Assembly (NCBI GenBank): GCA_044227615.1
Contig: JBGAWM010000013.1
Coordinates: forward strand, 521-64,520
Reading direction: 5' to 3'
DNA: 64,000 nucleotides
Source of the DNA: Ignavibacteriaceae bacterium
GTDB taxonomy: Bacteria > Bacteroidota > Ignavibacteria > Ignavibacteriales > Ignavibacteriaceae
In this document: positions 50,529 to 60,891 of the stretch, one piece after another
Layout: each line of letters starts with the position of its first letter
Numbering within the stretch: position 1 is the stretch's first letter
Notes under the pieces: generated by a model
What the model was told of the DNA's origin: nothing
The model's input: only the letters and a program-made list of their open reading frames with translations
Database searches by the model: none
Program-made: the position numbers and the translations under genes

Positions 50529-51008
50529 TTATGTTTTTTCTACTTCAAGTTTAAGTTGATGAAATTTTTTAAGTAATTCAGTTTCATTTTCATAATCATT
50601 AGGTCTAATAACAAAAGGTCTGATTCTGGATTTAATTTTTATTCTTACCAACTTTAATGGATTTGATTTATCATACCTTCTGTCTTTACCAAGTTTAATT
50701 TCTTTGATTTCATTTTTGTGAATAAGTTTTGATCCGAATCTATCGCTAAAAATTATTCCCTCGCTGCTAAACTCTATGTACCTATTGCGATATAAATTGA
50801 AGAACAATGCAGCCAATGAAACAACTACAATGAAAGCCAATAAATAAATTATAGGGTCACGGGTAATCAATGTGTAAGAGCTTTCAACAAACTGTCCTCT
50901 AATCAAAAGGTATATTGCAAATGCAACAAAGTATATTATCGTTGATTGATAATAAAACGACATATTGTATTTGAATTTACTTTTTTGTTTTAATTGGTCA
51001 TCTGTCAT
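50529..51008 (-). CDS. membrane protein (2 TM plus PH-like soluble domain) embedded in the dcw operon
   Basis: 159 aa. It abuts murC (no gap) and overlaps murG by 4 nt. No recognised family. Confidence 0.55.
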   Translation of the reverse strand: MTDDQLKQKSKFKYNMSFYYQSTIIYFVAFAIYLLIRGQFVESSYTLITRDPIIYLLAFIVVVSLAALFFNLYRNRYIEFSSEGIIFSDRFGSKLIHKNEIKEIKLGKDRRYDKSNPLKLVRIKIKSRIRPFVIRPNDYENETELLKKFHQLKLEVEKT

Positions 51009-52108
51009 ATTGTTAACGCAAATTTGATTGCGCTCTTTGCTATTACATTTGCTGCATCAGGTTTAGAAATTCTTTTTGCATTTTCACTTAAACTCTTCAA
51101 TAGGTTCTTATCAGATGCAACTTCTAAGATTTTATTCTTCAAGACATCATTTACGTCAGAATCATTAATTAACACTGCAGCATTATTATCTGCAAGTGAT
51201 TTAGCATTGAAATATTGATGATTCTCCGCAACGTGGGGCGAAGGAATTAATATTGAAGGAATTCCAAGAACTGTTAACTCAGCAATTGTGGTTGCACCAG
51301 CCCTCGCAACTAGAAGATCGCAAGCCGAGTAAGCTTTGTTCATGTCTTCAATAAAATCCAGAATTTTTACGGAATCTAAATTAATGCTTTTATAGCTATG
51401 ATAATAATTTTTCCCTGTTTGCCAGATAATTTGTAAAGATTTTTTTTCTAACTCCTCAATACAATTTGCAACAGAATTATTAATTGATGCAGCACCTAAA
51501 CTTCCACCAAGAACAAGAATGGTAACTTTGTTTTCATCAAGACCAAAAAATTTTTTCGCCTCGGCTTTGGTTGATGTTCCAAGTTCACTTCTTACAGGAT
51601 TACCTGTTAATTTTATTTTATCAGGTTTTCTTAAATACTTTCTCGAATCCTCAAATGAAATATGAACTTCATCTGCATAGCGTTCTAATAATCTTGTTGT
51701 TACACCGGGATAACTGTTTGATTCCATCAAAATAACTTTTGCTCCAAGTACTGATGCTCCCCAGATTGCGGGACCTGCAACGTATCCACCAGATCCAATA
51801 GCTACTCTTGGTTTAAATCTAATTGAAATAAATAATGATTGAACAAGTGAGATAAATAGTTTTACAGGAAATAATAAATTTTCCAAATTAAATTTTCTAG
51901 CAAAACCTTTTATCCAGATCGATTTAAATCCATAACCAAGTTTTGGAATTATTCTTCCTTCAATTTTAGATTTTGTTCCAACAAATATTATTTCTGATTC
52001 CGGTTTTAATCTTTTTATTTCATCAGCAACAGCAATTGCCGGATATAAATGACCGCCAGTGCCGCCGCCTGCAAAGAGAAAACGATATGGAGTATTAAGA
52101 TTTTTCAT
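51005..52108 (-). CDS. murG: undecaprenyldiphospho-muramoylpentapeptide beta-N-acetylglucosaminyltransferase
   Basis: GGGTGGHLYPA.AVA motif, 367 aa, dcw context. Confidence 0.93.
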   Translation of the reverse strand: MKNLNTPYRFLFAGGGTGGHLYPAIAVADEIKRLKPESEIIFVGTKSKIEGRIIPKLGYGFKSIWIKGFARKFNLENLLFPVKLFISLVQSLFISIRFKPRVAIGSGGYVAGPAIWGASVLGAKVILMESNSYPGVTTRLLERYADEVHISFEDSRKYLRKPDKIKLTGNPVRSELGTSTKAEAKKFFGLDENKVTILVLGGSLGAASINNSVANCIEELEKKSLQIIWQTGKNYYHSYKSINLDSVKILDFIEDMNKAYSACDLLVARAGATTIAELTVLGIPSILIPSPHVAENHQYFNAKSLADNNAAVLINDSDVNDVLKNKILEVASDKNLLKSLSENAKRISKPDAANVIAKSAIKFALTI

Positions 52109-53271
52109 CTTTTAACTTCCTGAAAAGCGAAAGCAGTTTTCTTTAATACTTCAGCATCACTTTGTTTTTGTTTAGCTATTTCCTTCTCAGTCTGATAATT
52201 GTATATGGCAATGTTCATTAATATTCCGATGGAAGCGCTGAGAAAAATTATTGAAGTTCCGCCATAGCTGATAAATGGAAGCGCTAAGCCTGTTGTCGGG
52301 AGCAGCCCTGTAGCAACAGCCGCATTAACAAAAGCATAAATGATAATTGAAAATGAAATTCCAAATGCAAGCATTTGTCCAAATTTATCTTTTGCCTTTT
52401 TGGCGATTAAAATTCCGGCAACAAATAAAACCATATAGAAAAGTAAAACTACGACAACGCCGAGGAAACCTGTTTCTTCACCAAGTATAGCAAAGATAAA
52501 ATCACCGTATGCTTCAGGTAGAAATAAATTACTTTGCCTGCTGTTTCCAATTCCAACACCGAATATTCCACCGCTGCCAAGACTTAACATACCTTGTTTA
52601 AGTTGATGATTAAGTTCACCTCCATCGCCAAAAGAACTTATGAAGCCTAAAATTCTTTTTCTTGAGTGGGGTAATATCATTGCAAAAGATCCCGCCGCTA
52701 ATATCAAACTAAGTGAAGAAAGAAATATATGTTTTAACCTCGCTCCACCTACATATAACATAGTTAATGATATAATTACGAGAAGTGCAGCAGTGCTTAC
52801 ATTAGGTTGAATGAATATCAAACCTGCAATCATTATAACCCAGATAAACAAAAACATAAAACCATTTTTAAAATCCAGGATGTCTTCTCTTTTCTTTTCC
52901 AACAAGTAAGCTATGTGAATTATAAGTACTAATTTTGCTATGTCTGCTGGTTGAATAGTAATAAAACCAAGATTCAACCATCTACCGGCTCCCTTTACTT
53001 GCGGGGCAAAGATTAGTGTGAGAATCAGAACAACAACCATACTCATAATGGCTGGCTTACTAATCTTCTTATACCATTCATAAGGAATAAAACTAAAAAC
53101 CGCCATCATTAGCAGACCAAATACAACCCTTGAAAGATGCGAGTTAAATAAATGGAATGAGCTATCAAACTTAGAAGCACTGTATGTGCTGCTTGCACTC
53201 ATCACAATTATCAGTCCAATAAGGATTAAACTGAATGATGTAAAGAAAACTATGATAGCTAATTTTTTCAT
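52105..53271 (-). CDS. ftsW: peptidoglycan glycosyltransferase FtsW (SEDS family)
   Basis: 10-TM SEDS pattern with QP.E..K and P..SYGG(T)S motifs. dcw position between murD and murG. Confidence 0.9.
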   Translation of the reverse strand: MKKLAIIVFFTSFSLILIGLIIVMSASSTYSASKFDSSFHLFNSHLSRVVFGLLMMAVFSFIPYEWYKKISKPAIMSMVVVLILTLIFAPQVKGAGRWLNLGFITIQPADIAKLVLIIHIAYLLEKKREDILDFKNGFMFLFIWVIMIAGLIFIQPNVSTAALLVIISLTMLYVGGARLKHIFLSSLSLILAAGSFAMILPHSRKRILGFISSFGDGGELNHQLKQGMLSLGSGGIFGVGIGNSRQSNLFLPEAYGDFIFAILGEETGFLGVVVVLLFYMVLFVAGILIAKKAKDKFGQMLAFGISFSIIIYAFVNAAVATGLLPTTGLALPFISYGGTSIIFLSASIGILMNIAIYNYQTEKEIAKQKQSDAEVLKKTAFAFQEVKR

Positions 53272-54617
53272 TTACTGTTTACTATTTGTTTAAATACTCT
53301 GCCGCGATGTTCATAGTTATCGAACATATCGAAACTTGCGCAAGCAGGAGATAATAAGACCACATCACCATCTCTTGCTTCACTTATTGCCGTGTTGATT
53401 ACTTCATCAAAATCTTTTTTAATTTCTGTTTTTACTTTTTGATGGAAGTAATTAAAAACTTTTTCAGCTGATGAACCGATGGCATAAATCTTTTTAACTT
53501 TTTCGACAACTAAATCTTCAATCATTGAATAATCGTTACCCTTATCCTGCCCGCCTAAAATTAAAAATATTGGTTCTTCAAAACTTTTAAGCGCAACAAT
53601 AACCGAATCAACATTAGTGGCTTTAGAGTCATTGATAAACTTAACACCTTCAATTTCTCTAACTAATTCTAATCTGTGTTCAACTCCTTTAAATGATTTT
53701 AAAGCCTCAACAATTTTTCCATTATCCAGATTAAAAATCTTTGCTGCAATTATAACAGCCATTGCGTTCTGGATATTATGTTCACCTTTTATAAAGATGT
53801 CTGAAACTTTACAAGAAAATTCTATCACATTATTTCTAACAAATCTTACTACATCATTTTCTAAATAGCAGCCATTAGTAACTTTTTTCTTTGTAGAGAG
53901 AAATAAGATGTTACTTTTTGCTTTTTTGAAATATTGATTAAGTAAATCACTGTCTTTATTTAATATCAGATAATCTTCTGCATCCTGATTTTCAATAATT
54001 CTTAACTTTGATAATGCATATTTCTCAATACTATTTTCGTATCTGTTTAAGTGATCTGGAGTAATATTCAATATCATCGCAACTTTTGGTTTAAAGTTGT
54101 CAATCAGATCTAATTGAAAGCTTGATATCTCAAGTGATACGAATTCATTTTCTTTTACTTCTGCTGCGATTTCAGAAAATGCCAACCCAATATTTCCTGC
54201 ACCGTAAGATTTTTTACCGCACTGATTAAAAAGATAATCACATAAACTGGTTACAGTTGTTTTACCATTTGTTCCTGTAATACCAATTATATTTCCTTTG
54301 CAGAAAGATGATGCAAACTCAAGCTCGCTAATAATTTTTATTTTTCTGCTCACTGCATTTTTGATCACATCAGCGTTTGAAGGTACACCTGGACTTACTA
54401 CCATTAAATCACATTCATATACTTTTTCAGAATGCTTGCCAGTTTCAAAGTCTATCTTTTCACTCTTTAAAAATTCAATCGATGATTTTAATTTTTCTTC
54501 CGATCCGGCATCACTAACAAATGGAATTGCTCCAAGTTTTTTTGCCAGCTTTGCAGCAGCAAGTCCGCTTCTAACAGCACCAATTATTGATATTTTTTTA
54601 TTCTTAATTTCTAACAT
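53268..54617 (-). CDS. murD: UDP-N-acetylmuramoylalanine--D-glutamate ligase
   Basis: GITGTNGKTT P-loop, Mur ligase middle and C domains, dcw position. Confidence 0.93.
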   Translation of the reverse strand: MLEIKNKKISIIGAVRSGLAAAKLAKKLGAIPFVSDAGSEEKLKSSIEFLKSEKIDFETGKHSEKVYECDLMVVSPGVPSNADVIKNAVSRKIKIISELEFASSFCKGNIIGITGTNGKTTVTSLCDYLFNQCGKKSYGAGNIGLAFSEIAAEVKENEFVSLEISSFQLDLIDNFKPKVAMILNITPDHLNRYENSIEKYALSKLRIIENQDAEDYLILNKDSDLLNQYFKKAKSNILFLSTKKKVTNGCYLENDVVRFVRNNVIEFSCKVSDIFIKGEHNIQNAMAVIIAAKIFNLDNGKIVEALKSFKGVEHRLELVREIEGVKFINDSKATNVDSVIVALKSFEEPIFLILGGQDKGNDYSMIEDLVVEKVKKIYAIGSSAEKVFNYFHQKVKTEIKKDFDEVINTAISEARDGDVVLLSPACASFDMFDNYEHRGRVFKQIVNSK

Positions 54618-54618
54618 T

Positions 54619-55728
54619 TTATCTAATCTTAAATGAAACTAAAGTTACAATTGCAAGAATGATTGCAATTATGTATGCACGTACAACGATTTTAGGTTCA
54701 GGCCATCCAACCATTTCAAAATGATGATGCATCGGTGCCATTTTAAATACTCTTTTACCTTCGCCATATTTTTTCTTGGTGTATTTGAAATACAATCTTT
54801 GAATAATTACCGAGATCGTTTCCATAAAAAATATTCCGCCGAGAATCGGAATAAATAATTCCTTCTTTATCAGAACTGCAATAATTCCGAAGGCGCCGCC
54901 AAGTGCAAGCGAGCCCGTATCACCCATAAATACTTGCGCGGGATAAGAGTTGAACCACAAAAATCCCAAACCAGCACCTACAAGCGCTGCGATAAAAACG
55001 GTAAGTTCACCAGCACCAGGCATATACATTATATCAAGATACTTTGCAAAAATAGCATTACCGCTAAAGTACGAAAGTAATGCAAGTGCAATCATTACGA
55101 TGACGATTACACCAGTTGCTAAACCGTCTAAACCATCTGTTAAGTTAACTGCATTTGATGTTGCTGTAATTATAAATACCACTGCTGGTATATAGAGTAT
55201 TGAAAAATCTAAATTAACATTCTTTAAAAATGGAACTGTTGTGAGAGATCTAAATCCTTCAAACTCGGGCGAAAAATAAATTACGGAACCAACTACTAAG
55301 CCAATTAAGACCTGCCCTAATAATTTATATCGGGCAATTAATCCATTTGGATATTTTTTTATTACTTTCAGGTAATCATCTAAAAAACCTACAGCACTTA
55401 ACCAAAGAGTTCCAGCAAGAATTAATATTATATAAGTACTCTTTAAATCACCCCAAAGTAAAACAGGAATTGTTACTGATAAAACGATTATTAAACCGCC
55501 CATCGTTGGTGTACCAGCTTTTGACCAATGAAATTTTGGACCATCAGCTTTCTTTGCTTCACCAATTTGATGTGCCTGCAGCTTCTTGATAATCTTTGGT
55601 CCCAGATAAAATGAAAGAAACAATCCTGTTATCGCAGCAAGCGCCGAACGGAACGTTAAAAATCTAAAGATGTCAAATCCCGGTGGATTGAATGTTTTAT
55701 TTATGTAATCAAATAAATAATAAAGCAT
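54619..55728 (-). CDS. mraY: phospho-N-acetylmuramoyl-pentapeptide transferase
   Basis: K.GTPTMGG, NAVNLTDGLDGLA and PMHHHFE motifs. Confidence 0.96.
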   Translation of the reverse strand: MLYYLFDYINKTFNPPGFDIFRFLTFRSALAAITGLFLSFYLGPKIIKKLQAHQIGEAKKADGPKFHWSKAGTPTMGGLIIVLSVTIPVLLWGDLKSTYIILILAGTLWLSAVGFLDDYLKVIKKYPNGLIARYKLLGQVLIGLVVGSVIYFSPEFEGFRSLTTVPFLKNVNLDFSILYIPAVVFIITATSNAVNLTDGLDGLATGVIVIVMIALALLSYFSGNAIFAKYLDIMYMPGAGELTVFIAALVGAGLGFLWFNSYPAQVFMGDTGSLALGGAFGIIAVLIKKELFIPILGGIFFMETISVIIQRLYFKYTKKKYGEGKRVFKMAPMHHHFEMVGWPEPKIVVRAYIIAIILAIVTLVSFKIR

Positions 55729-57117
55729 TTAATTTTTTGCTGATTCAATAATTGAAACAAATTCTTCCATCTTCATTCCGCGTGAACCTTTAACAAGCAC
55801 AACAGAATTATTAATATTAAAGGACTGCAAATATTTTTTTAATAACTCCCGATTACTAAAGTGTTGATGAATTTTTGTTTTTCCATTTAATGCCTTATTC
55901 ATCAGCTTCATCATTCTACCAATAGAATAAACTTCATCAACTTTTATTTTGTTTATTACATTAGCTAATTCAAGGTGTTTTCTTTTTGATTCATTACCCA
56001 GTTCAAACATATCGCCAAGAATAGCAATTTTTCTTTTTTGGGATTCAATCTTGCTAAGGATATCAAAAGATGATTTCATCGAATCAGGATTTGCGTTATA
56101 AGTATCATTAATTAAAGTAAAGTTTTTATGATTTTTAATTTCTAATCTTTTACTGTATGATTTTATTTTCTTTACGGCTTTTTGCATTTGAGTATTTGAT
56201 AAACCTAACTCACTTGCAATAGCATAGGCAGCAGTAAAGTTTATAACATTTTTTTCTCCGCTAATCGGTAATGTTGATTTAAAGATTTTGTCTTTAGATT
56301 TTATTTCGATTTGCGGTCTAGCAAGTTTATCATATCCCTTAATTGAGGCTTTATAATCAGCTTTTTCATTTAAGGCATAAGTGATTTTATTTTTAATTGT
56401 CTTACCAAAATCTTTTAAAATTTTATCATCGTTATTGATAAAGACTTTTCCACCACGCTTAATCGTTTCTTTTAACAACGCTGATTTTTCCGTAAAGACG
56501 CCTTTGCGATTTTTAAGAAACTCTAAGTGTGAATCACCGATGTTAGTTATCAAAGCAAAATCCGGACTTACAATTGAAGCGGTGTAAGCTAATTCACCAA
56601 AATGATTTGTTCCGAGTTCAGCTACTAAAGCATTATGTTTTTCATTTGTGCTTAAAATTGTTAACGGAACGCCAATGTGATTATTATTATTCGCAATTGT
56701 CTTATTTACTTTTAGCTTTTCAGAAAGTAAAGCTGCAAGAATTTCTTTTGTGGTAGTCTTACCTGCACTGCCTGTAATTCCAATTATTTTAGTTTTAAGT
56801 TTTGATCGCCACAACCTGGCAGCATCACCCAATGCAGTTGTTGTATCTTTAACTGTAATAACTGGTATTTCATAATCTTTAATTTTCTTAAAGTTCTTTT
56901 CATTGATTAAAACCGCTGCTGCACCTTTTTTTACTACTTCATCAATAAAATCGTGTCCATCATATCGTTCTCCTTTAATTGCAATGAACAAAGTATTTTT
57001 TTTGATGTCTCTTGAATCGATAGAAATATGATAAATCGATTTCAACAGATCAGGATTAAATATAACCGCTGTTGGAATATTGAAGATGTCTTGTATGTTC
57101 AGATGTATTTTCTTCAT
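55729..57117 (-). CDS. murF: UDP-N-acetylmuramoyl-tripeptide--D-alanyl-D-alanine ligase
   Basis: GITGSAGKTTTKE, DTYNANP, dcw position. Confidence 0.93.
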   Translation of the reverse strand: MKKIHLNIQDIFNIPTAVIFNPDLLKSIYHISIDSRDIKKNTLFIAIKGERYDGHDFIDEVVKKGAAAVLINEKNFKKIKDYEIPVITVKDTTTALGDAARLWRSKLKTKIIGITGSAGKTTTKEILAALLSEKLKVNKTIANNNNHIGVPLTILSTNEKHNALVAELGTNHFGELAYTASIVSPDFALITNIGDSHLEFLKNRKGVFTEKSALLKETIKRGGKVFINNDDKILKDFGKTIKNKITYALNEKADYKASIKGYDKLARPQIEIKSKDKIFKSTLPISGEKNVINFTAAYAIASELGLSNTQMQKAVKKIKSYSKRLEIKNHKNFTLINDTYNANPDSMKSSFDILSKIESQKRKIAILGDMFELGNESKRKHLELANVINKIKVDEVYSIGRMMKLMNKALNGKTKIHQHFSNRELLKKYLQSFNINNSVVLVKGSRGMKMEEFVSIIESAKN

Positions 57118-58583
57118 TCAGCTAAATACTTTAGTGCAATTTCCTGATCAGAAAAATGATTTCTAATTCCATTTATCTCCTGATAATTTTCATGCCCTTT
57201 ACCAGCAATCAATATTACAGCATCATCATTTGAACTTTGAATGGCTTTTGCAATTGCTTCTTCTCTGTTCTCTTCAATTTCATAATTATTTTTTGAAATT
57301 CCCTTAATGATATCTTTAATTATATCATAGGGATTTTCAGTCCTTGGATTATCTGAGCTAACAAATACTTTATCACTCATATCGCTGGCAACTTTACCCA
57401 TGATCGGACGTTTTGTTTTATCTCTATCACCACCACAGCCAAAAACAGTCACGATCTGATTTTTATCTTTTACAATTTCTCTAATAGCCTGCAATGCTTT
57501 TTCCAAACTATCTGCAGTATGAGAATAATCAACAATTACTTTTTTCTTACCTTTACCAATAACTTCAAATCTTCCAGGAACTTGTGGAGAAGATTTTATG
57601 CCTTCAATTATTTTATTCGCATTAACTCCTAAACTATGAGCAGTTGCAAAAGCAGAAGCTGCATTGTATGCGTTAAACGTTCCGATTAAGGAAGTATTAA
57701 TACTGTATTCAATTTTATTATTTGAAATTGTAAAATCTGTTCCATTCAAATCATATTTAATATTTTTTATCTGATAATCTGAGTTATCAGATATTCCATA
57801 AGTAATAACTTTAGCTTTGGAATCTTTTACAATCTCATTAGCACTTACATCATCAGAATTAATGATCGCGAACGAATTAGAACTCAATCCATCAAATAAA
57901 ATTTTCTTTGCTTTCAAGTATTCATCAAATGTATTATGAAAATCTAGATGATCTGAAGTTATATTTGAAAATATTGCAGCTGAAAAATCCAAACCATAAA
58001 CTCTATTTAAGATCAATGAATGAGATGATACTTCCATAATAGCATGTGAACAACCTGCACTAATCATATCATAAAACATTCTATTTAAATCATTTGATTC
58101 AGGAGTAGTCAATTTAGAATCAATTTTCTGATCACCAACATAATTAGCTATGGTTCCAACCAGTCCTGTTTTATAACCTGCCGTTTGCAGAATATTTTTT
58201 AAAATAAATGTTGATGTAGTTTTACCGTTAGTTCCTGTAATTCCAATCAATTTTAATTTATTTGTTGGATCTTTATAAAATCCTCTTGATAACTCGGCCA
58301 ATGCTTTTCTGCAATCTTTAACAACTATTTTTGCAATTTGTGCGTGTGCAACAAATTCATCAGGAATTGAATTTTCATTTTCTACAACAACTGCAACAGC
58401 GCCTTTATTTATAGCATCTTGAAGAAACTTGTGTCCATCAGTTTTGTAACCCTTAATAGCAACAAACACAGAATTTTTTTGCACTTTCCTGGAATCATAA
58501 ACAATATCAGCAGCATCTCTCCTCTGAACTTCTCCAGTAACTTGAATAGCGTGTACACTGTTTAATAGCTGCGTCAATTCCAT
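57114..58583 (-). CDS. murE: UDP-N-acetylmuramoyl-L-alanyl-D-glutamate--2,6-diaminopimelate ligase
   Basis: GITGTNGKTT. DNPR in SSDNPRTENP suggests the meso-DAP-adding type. dcw position. Confidence 0.92.
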   Translation of the reverse strand: MELTQLLNSVHAIQVTGEVQRRDAADIVYDSRKVQKNSVFVAIKGYKTDGHKFLQDAINKGAVAVVVENENSIPDEFVAHAQIAKIVVKDCRKALAELSRGFYKDPTNKLKLIGITGTNGKTTSTFILKNILQTAGYKTGLVGTIANYVGDQKIDSKLTTPESNDLNRMFYDMISAGCSHAIMEVSSHSLILNRVYGLDFSAAIFSNITSDHLDFHNTFDEYLKAKKILFDGLSSNSFAIINSDDVSANEIVKDSKAKVITYGISDNSDYQIKNIKYDLNGTDFTISNNKIEYSINTSLIGTFNAYNAASAFATAHSLGVNANKIIEGIKSSPQVPGRFEVIGKGKKKVIVDYSHTADSLEKALQAIREIVKDKNQIVTVFGCGGDRDKTKRPIMGKVASDMSDKVFVSSDNPRTENPYDIIKDIIKGISKNNYEIEENREEAIAKAIQSSNDDAVILIAGKGHENYQEINGIRNHFSDQEIALKYLAE

Positions 58584-60569
58584 TTAGAACGATGCTCCTC
58601 TAATTTGATATTCTGAGCATTCAATCAAGCAGACTTCATTTCCCTTTAACTTTTCTCCCGGACTAATACTTTGGGAAGTAATTACACCTGTGCCCTTAAT
58701 TTTATACTTAATACCAAGTTTTGTTAAAGCGTAGATAGCATCTTTAACCTGGCAATTTATAAGATCAGGCATTTTATTATTAGAAGATAATTTTACTTCT
58801 TTTACGCTTATAGGTTTAATCTGAGTTTTATTCTGATATTCAGCACCGGAATTATCTTCAGCAAATTTTAAATTTTTCATCAAATCAGGATTCATATATT
58901 GTTGATATTTTTCATAGTCAGCCTGAACAATTCTTTCAGCTACATTTTTAAATATTGGAGCTGCGACTAAACCACCATATTTCCCCAAATCTGGAGAATT
59001 TAATAATATCAAACAAACTACCTGAGGATTCTCAACTGGGAAAAATCCGACGAAAGAAGAATTGTAATGTTCTTTAGAATATCTTCCATCCACTAACTTC
59101 TGCGAGGTTCCTGTTTTTCCGCCAATAGAAATTAATTCTGAAGCAGCTTTTTTACCTGTTCCGTTTTTAACAACACCACCCAGTAAATCTCTCATTACAT
59201 CTGAGGTTTCTGACGATATTACTCTTCGAATTTCTTTGGGTGAAAACTCGTAAACTAAATTTCCGTCTTTTGATATCTGACGCTGCACTAATTGTGGTTC
59301 GTACAGGACGCCACCATTAATCAATGCACAATAACCGGCTGCAATCTGAACAGGTGTCACTGAAATTTCATATCCAAATGAAAGATAAGTCTTGGATACT
59401 TTTGACCATTCATTCGGTTTTCTCAGTCGTCCCGCAGTTTCTCCTGGCAATGTTAGTGACGTTGAATTTCCGAATCCAAATCCTCTTAGGTACTTAAAAT
59501 ATTTTTCATCATCAATTCTTTGAACAAGCTTTGCAACACCGATGTTACTTGATTGTTCTAATATTCCGACAACATCCAAATTTTTCATCGGATGAGAATC
59601 TTTTATTCGTACATTTTGAAATTTATAAGTGCCATTTTCAAGATTTAATTTTTCGTTCAGCCTGCACAATTTCTGATCAATCAATGATGCAATTGTAAAT
59701 GATTTAAAAGTTGATCCCGGCTCATACGTATCAGTTATAGCACGGTTTCTTCTTTGAAAATCATTATACTTCCAATATTCGTTTGGATTAAAATCATCAA
59801 TGTTGGCAAGTGCAAGAACTTCACCCGTGTTTGGATCCATTATAACGCCGGTACCGGAGGCTGCACCATATTCATCAACACCTTTTTTCAACTCATCTTC
59901 AAGAATTGATTGATAACTTTTATCAATAGTTAAGTAAAAATCATCTCCCGGAATTGCAGGGTTTATTTCTTCATCATCGACACTAACAATTTCACCAACA
60001 GCATTTTTATTAATGATTCTTGATCCATCTTCACCATTTAAAGCATCTTCATAATATTCGGAAATGCCCATCACCCCTTTGCCTTCATTATCCAGATATC
60101 CAAGAATATGAGCAGCAAGGTTATTATAATGAAATACCCGGGTGGGTTCGTCTCTATAAAAAAATCCTGAAAGTTTTATATTCTTTAAAGATGATGCAAG
60201 TTCAGAAGGCGCTTTCTTTTCAATGCAAATAGTTTTCTTTGAACCTTTCATAAGGTTCATATAATAAATTTTACTCTTCTTAAATTTTTTTGCAAAAATC
60301 TGTGCAATTTCATTTTTATGATTTTGCTTAATCATTCTTAAATCAACATAAAAAGAAACATCTGAACGATTATAAACTAATAAAACATTATTACGATCAT
60401 AGATCAATCCCCGCTCAGCTTCTATTTTTTCTAAGCCGGTTTGTTGTCTTTGGGCATAAAAAGAATACTCTTCTGCACGCACTATCTGAATATCAACAAG
60501 CTTAATCACCAATGCGATGAAAAAAATAATTATTGATATTATAACTAATAATGCGCGAGAGTTAATCAT
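58584..60569 (-). CDS. ftsI: class B penicillin-binding protein (FtsI-type transpeptidase) with a C-terminal PASTA domain
   Basis: N-terminal TM anchor. SxxK (STFK), SxN (SSN) and KTG (KTGTS) motifs. The last ~65 aa (MPDLINCQVKDAIYALTKLGIKYKIKGTGVITSQSISPGEKL) look like PASTA. Confidence 0.9.
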   Translation of the reverse strand: MINSRALLVIISIIIFFIALVIKLVDIQIVRAEEYSFYAQRQQTGLEKIEAERGLIYDRNNVLLVYNRSDVSFYVDLRMIKQNHKNEIAQIFAKKFKKSKIYYMNLMKGSKKTICIEKKAPSELASSLKNIKLSGFFYRDEPTRVFHYNNLAAHILGYLDNEGKGVMGISEYYEDALNGEDGSRIINKNAVGEIVSVDDEEINPAIPGDDFYLTIDKSYQSILEDELKKGVDEYGAASGTGVIMDPNTGEVLALANIDDFNPNEYWKYNDFQRRNRAITDTYEPGSTFKSFTIASLIDQKLCRLNEKLNLENGTYKFQNVRIKDSHPMKNLDVVGILEQSSNIGVAKLVQRIDDEKYFKYLRGFGFGNSTSLTLPGETAGRLRKPNEWSKVSKTYLSFGYEISVTPVQIAAGYCALINGGVLYEPQLVQRQISKDGNLVYEFSPKEIRRVISSETSDVMRDLLGGVVKNGTGKKAASELISIGGKTGTSQKLVDGRYSKEHYNSSFVGFFPVENPQVVCLILLNSPDLGKYGGLVAAPIFKNVAERIVQADYEKYQQYMNPDLMKNLKFAEDNSGAEYQNKTQIKPISVKEVKLSSNNKMPDLINCQVKDAIYALTKLGIKYKIKGTGVITSQSISPGEKLKGNEVCLIECSEYQIRGASF

Positions 60570-60891
60570 ACTTTTCTTCTAATATCTCGTTTATTTCTTC
60601 AAGTTTATTTTTATCATATTTTATTAATAATGCTGGTTCAACATTTCTTATAAGTCCGAGGTCTGACTTAGCTACAGCAACAACCCTTTCTTCAGTAGTT
60701 TCTGTTTGATACTCTGCAGTCAGTTTAATTTTTCTTTGACTTTCTGACTTGAATATTTTTTCAGCCTTGTCTTTCTGTAAAAGAAACTGCTCATACTTTA
60801 ACTTTGTGCCAATGCTGAAAAGAGCAAACACGGTTACGATTAGTAAAAGTGTTATGACTAAAAAAATTGCAGGCTTAGAACTTTTTTTCAT
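60562..60891 (-). CDS. ftsL: FtsL-like cell division protein
   Basis: 109 aa bitopic protein (one TM plus coiled coil) between rsmH and ftsI, with overlapping junctions. Confidence 0.6.
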   Translation of the reverse strand: MKKSSKPAIFLVITLLLIVTVFALFSIGTKLKYEQFLLQKDKAEKIFKSESQRKIKLTAEYQTETTEERVVAVAKSDLGLIRNVEPALLIKYDKNKLEEINEILEEKYD

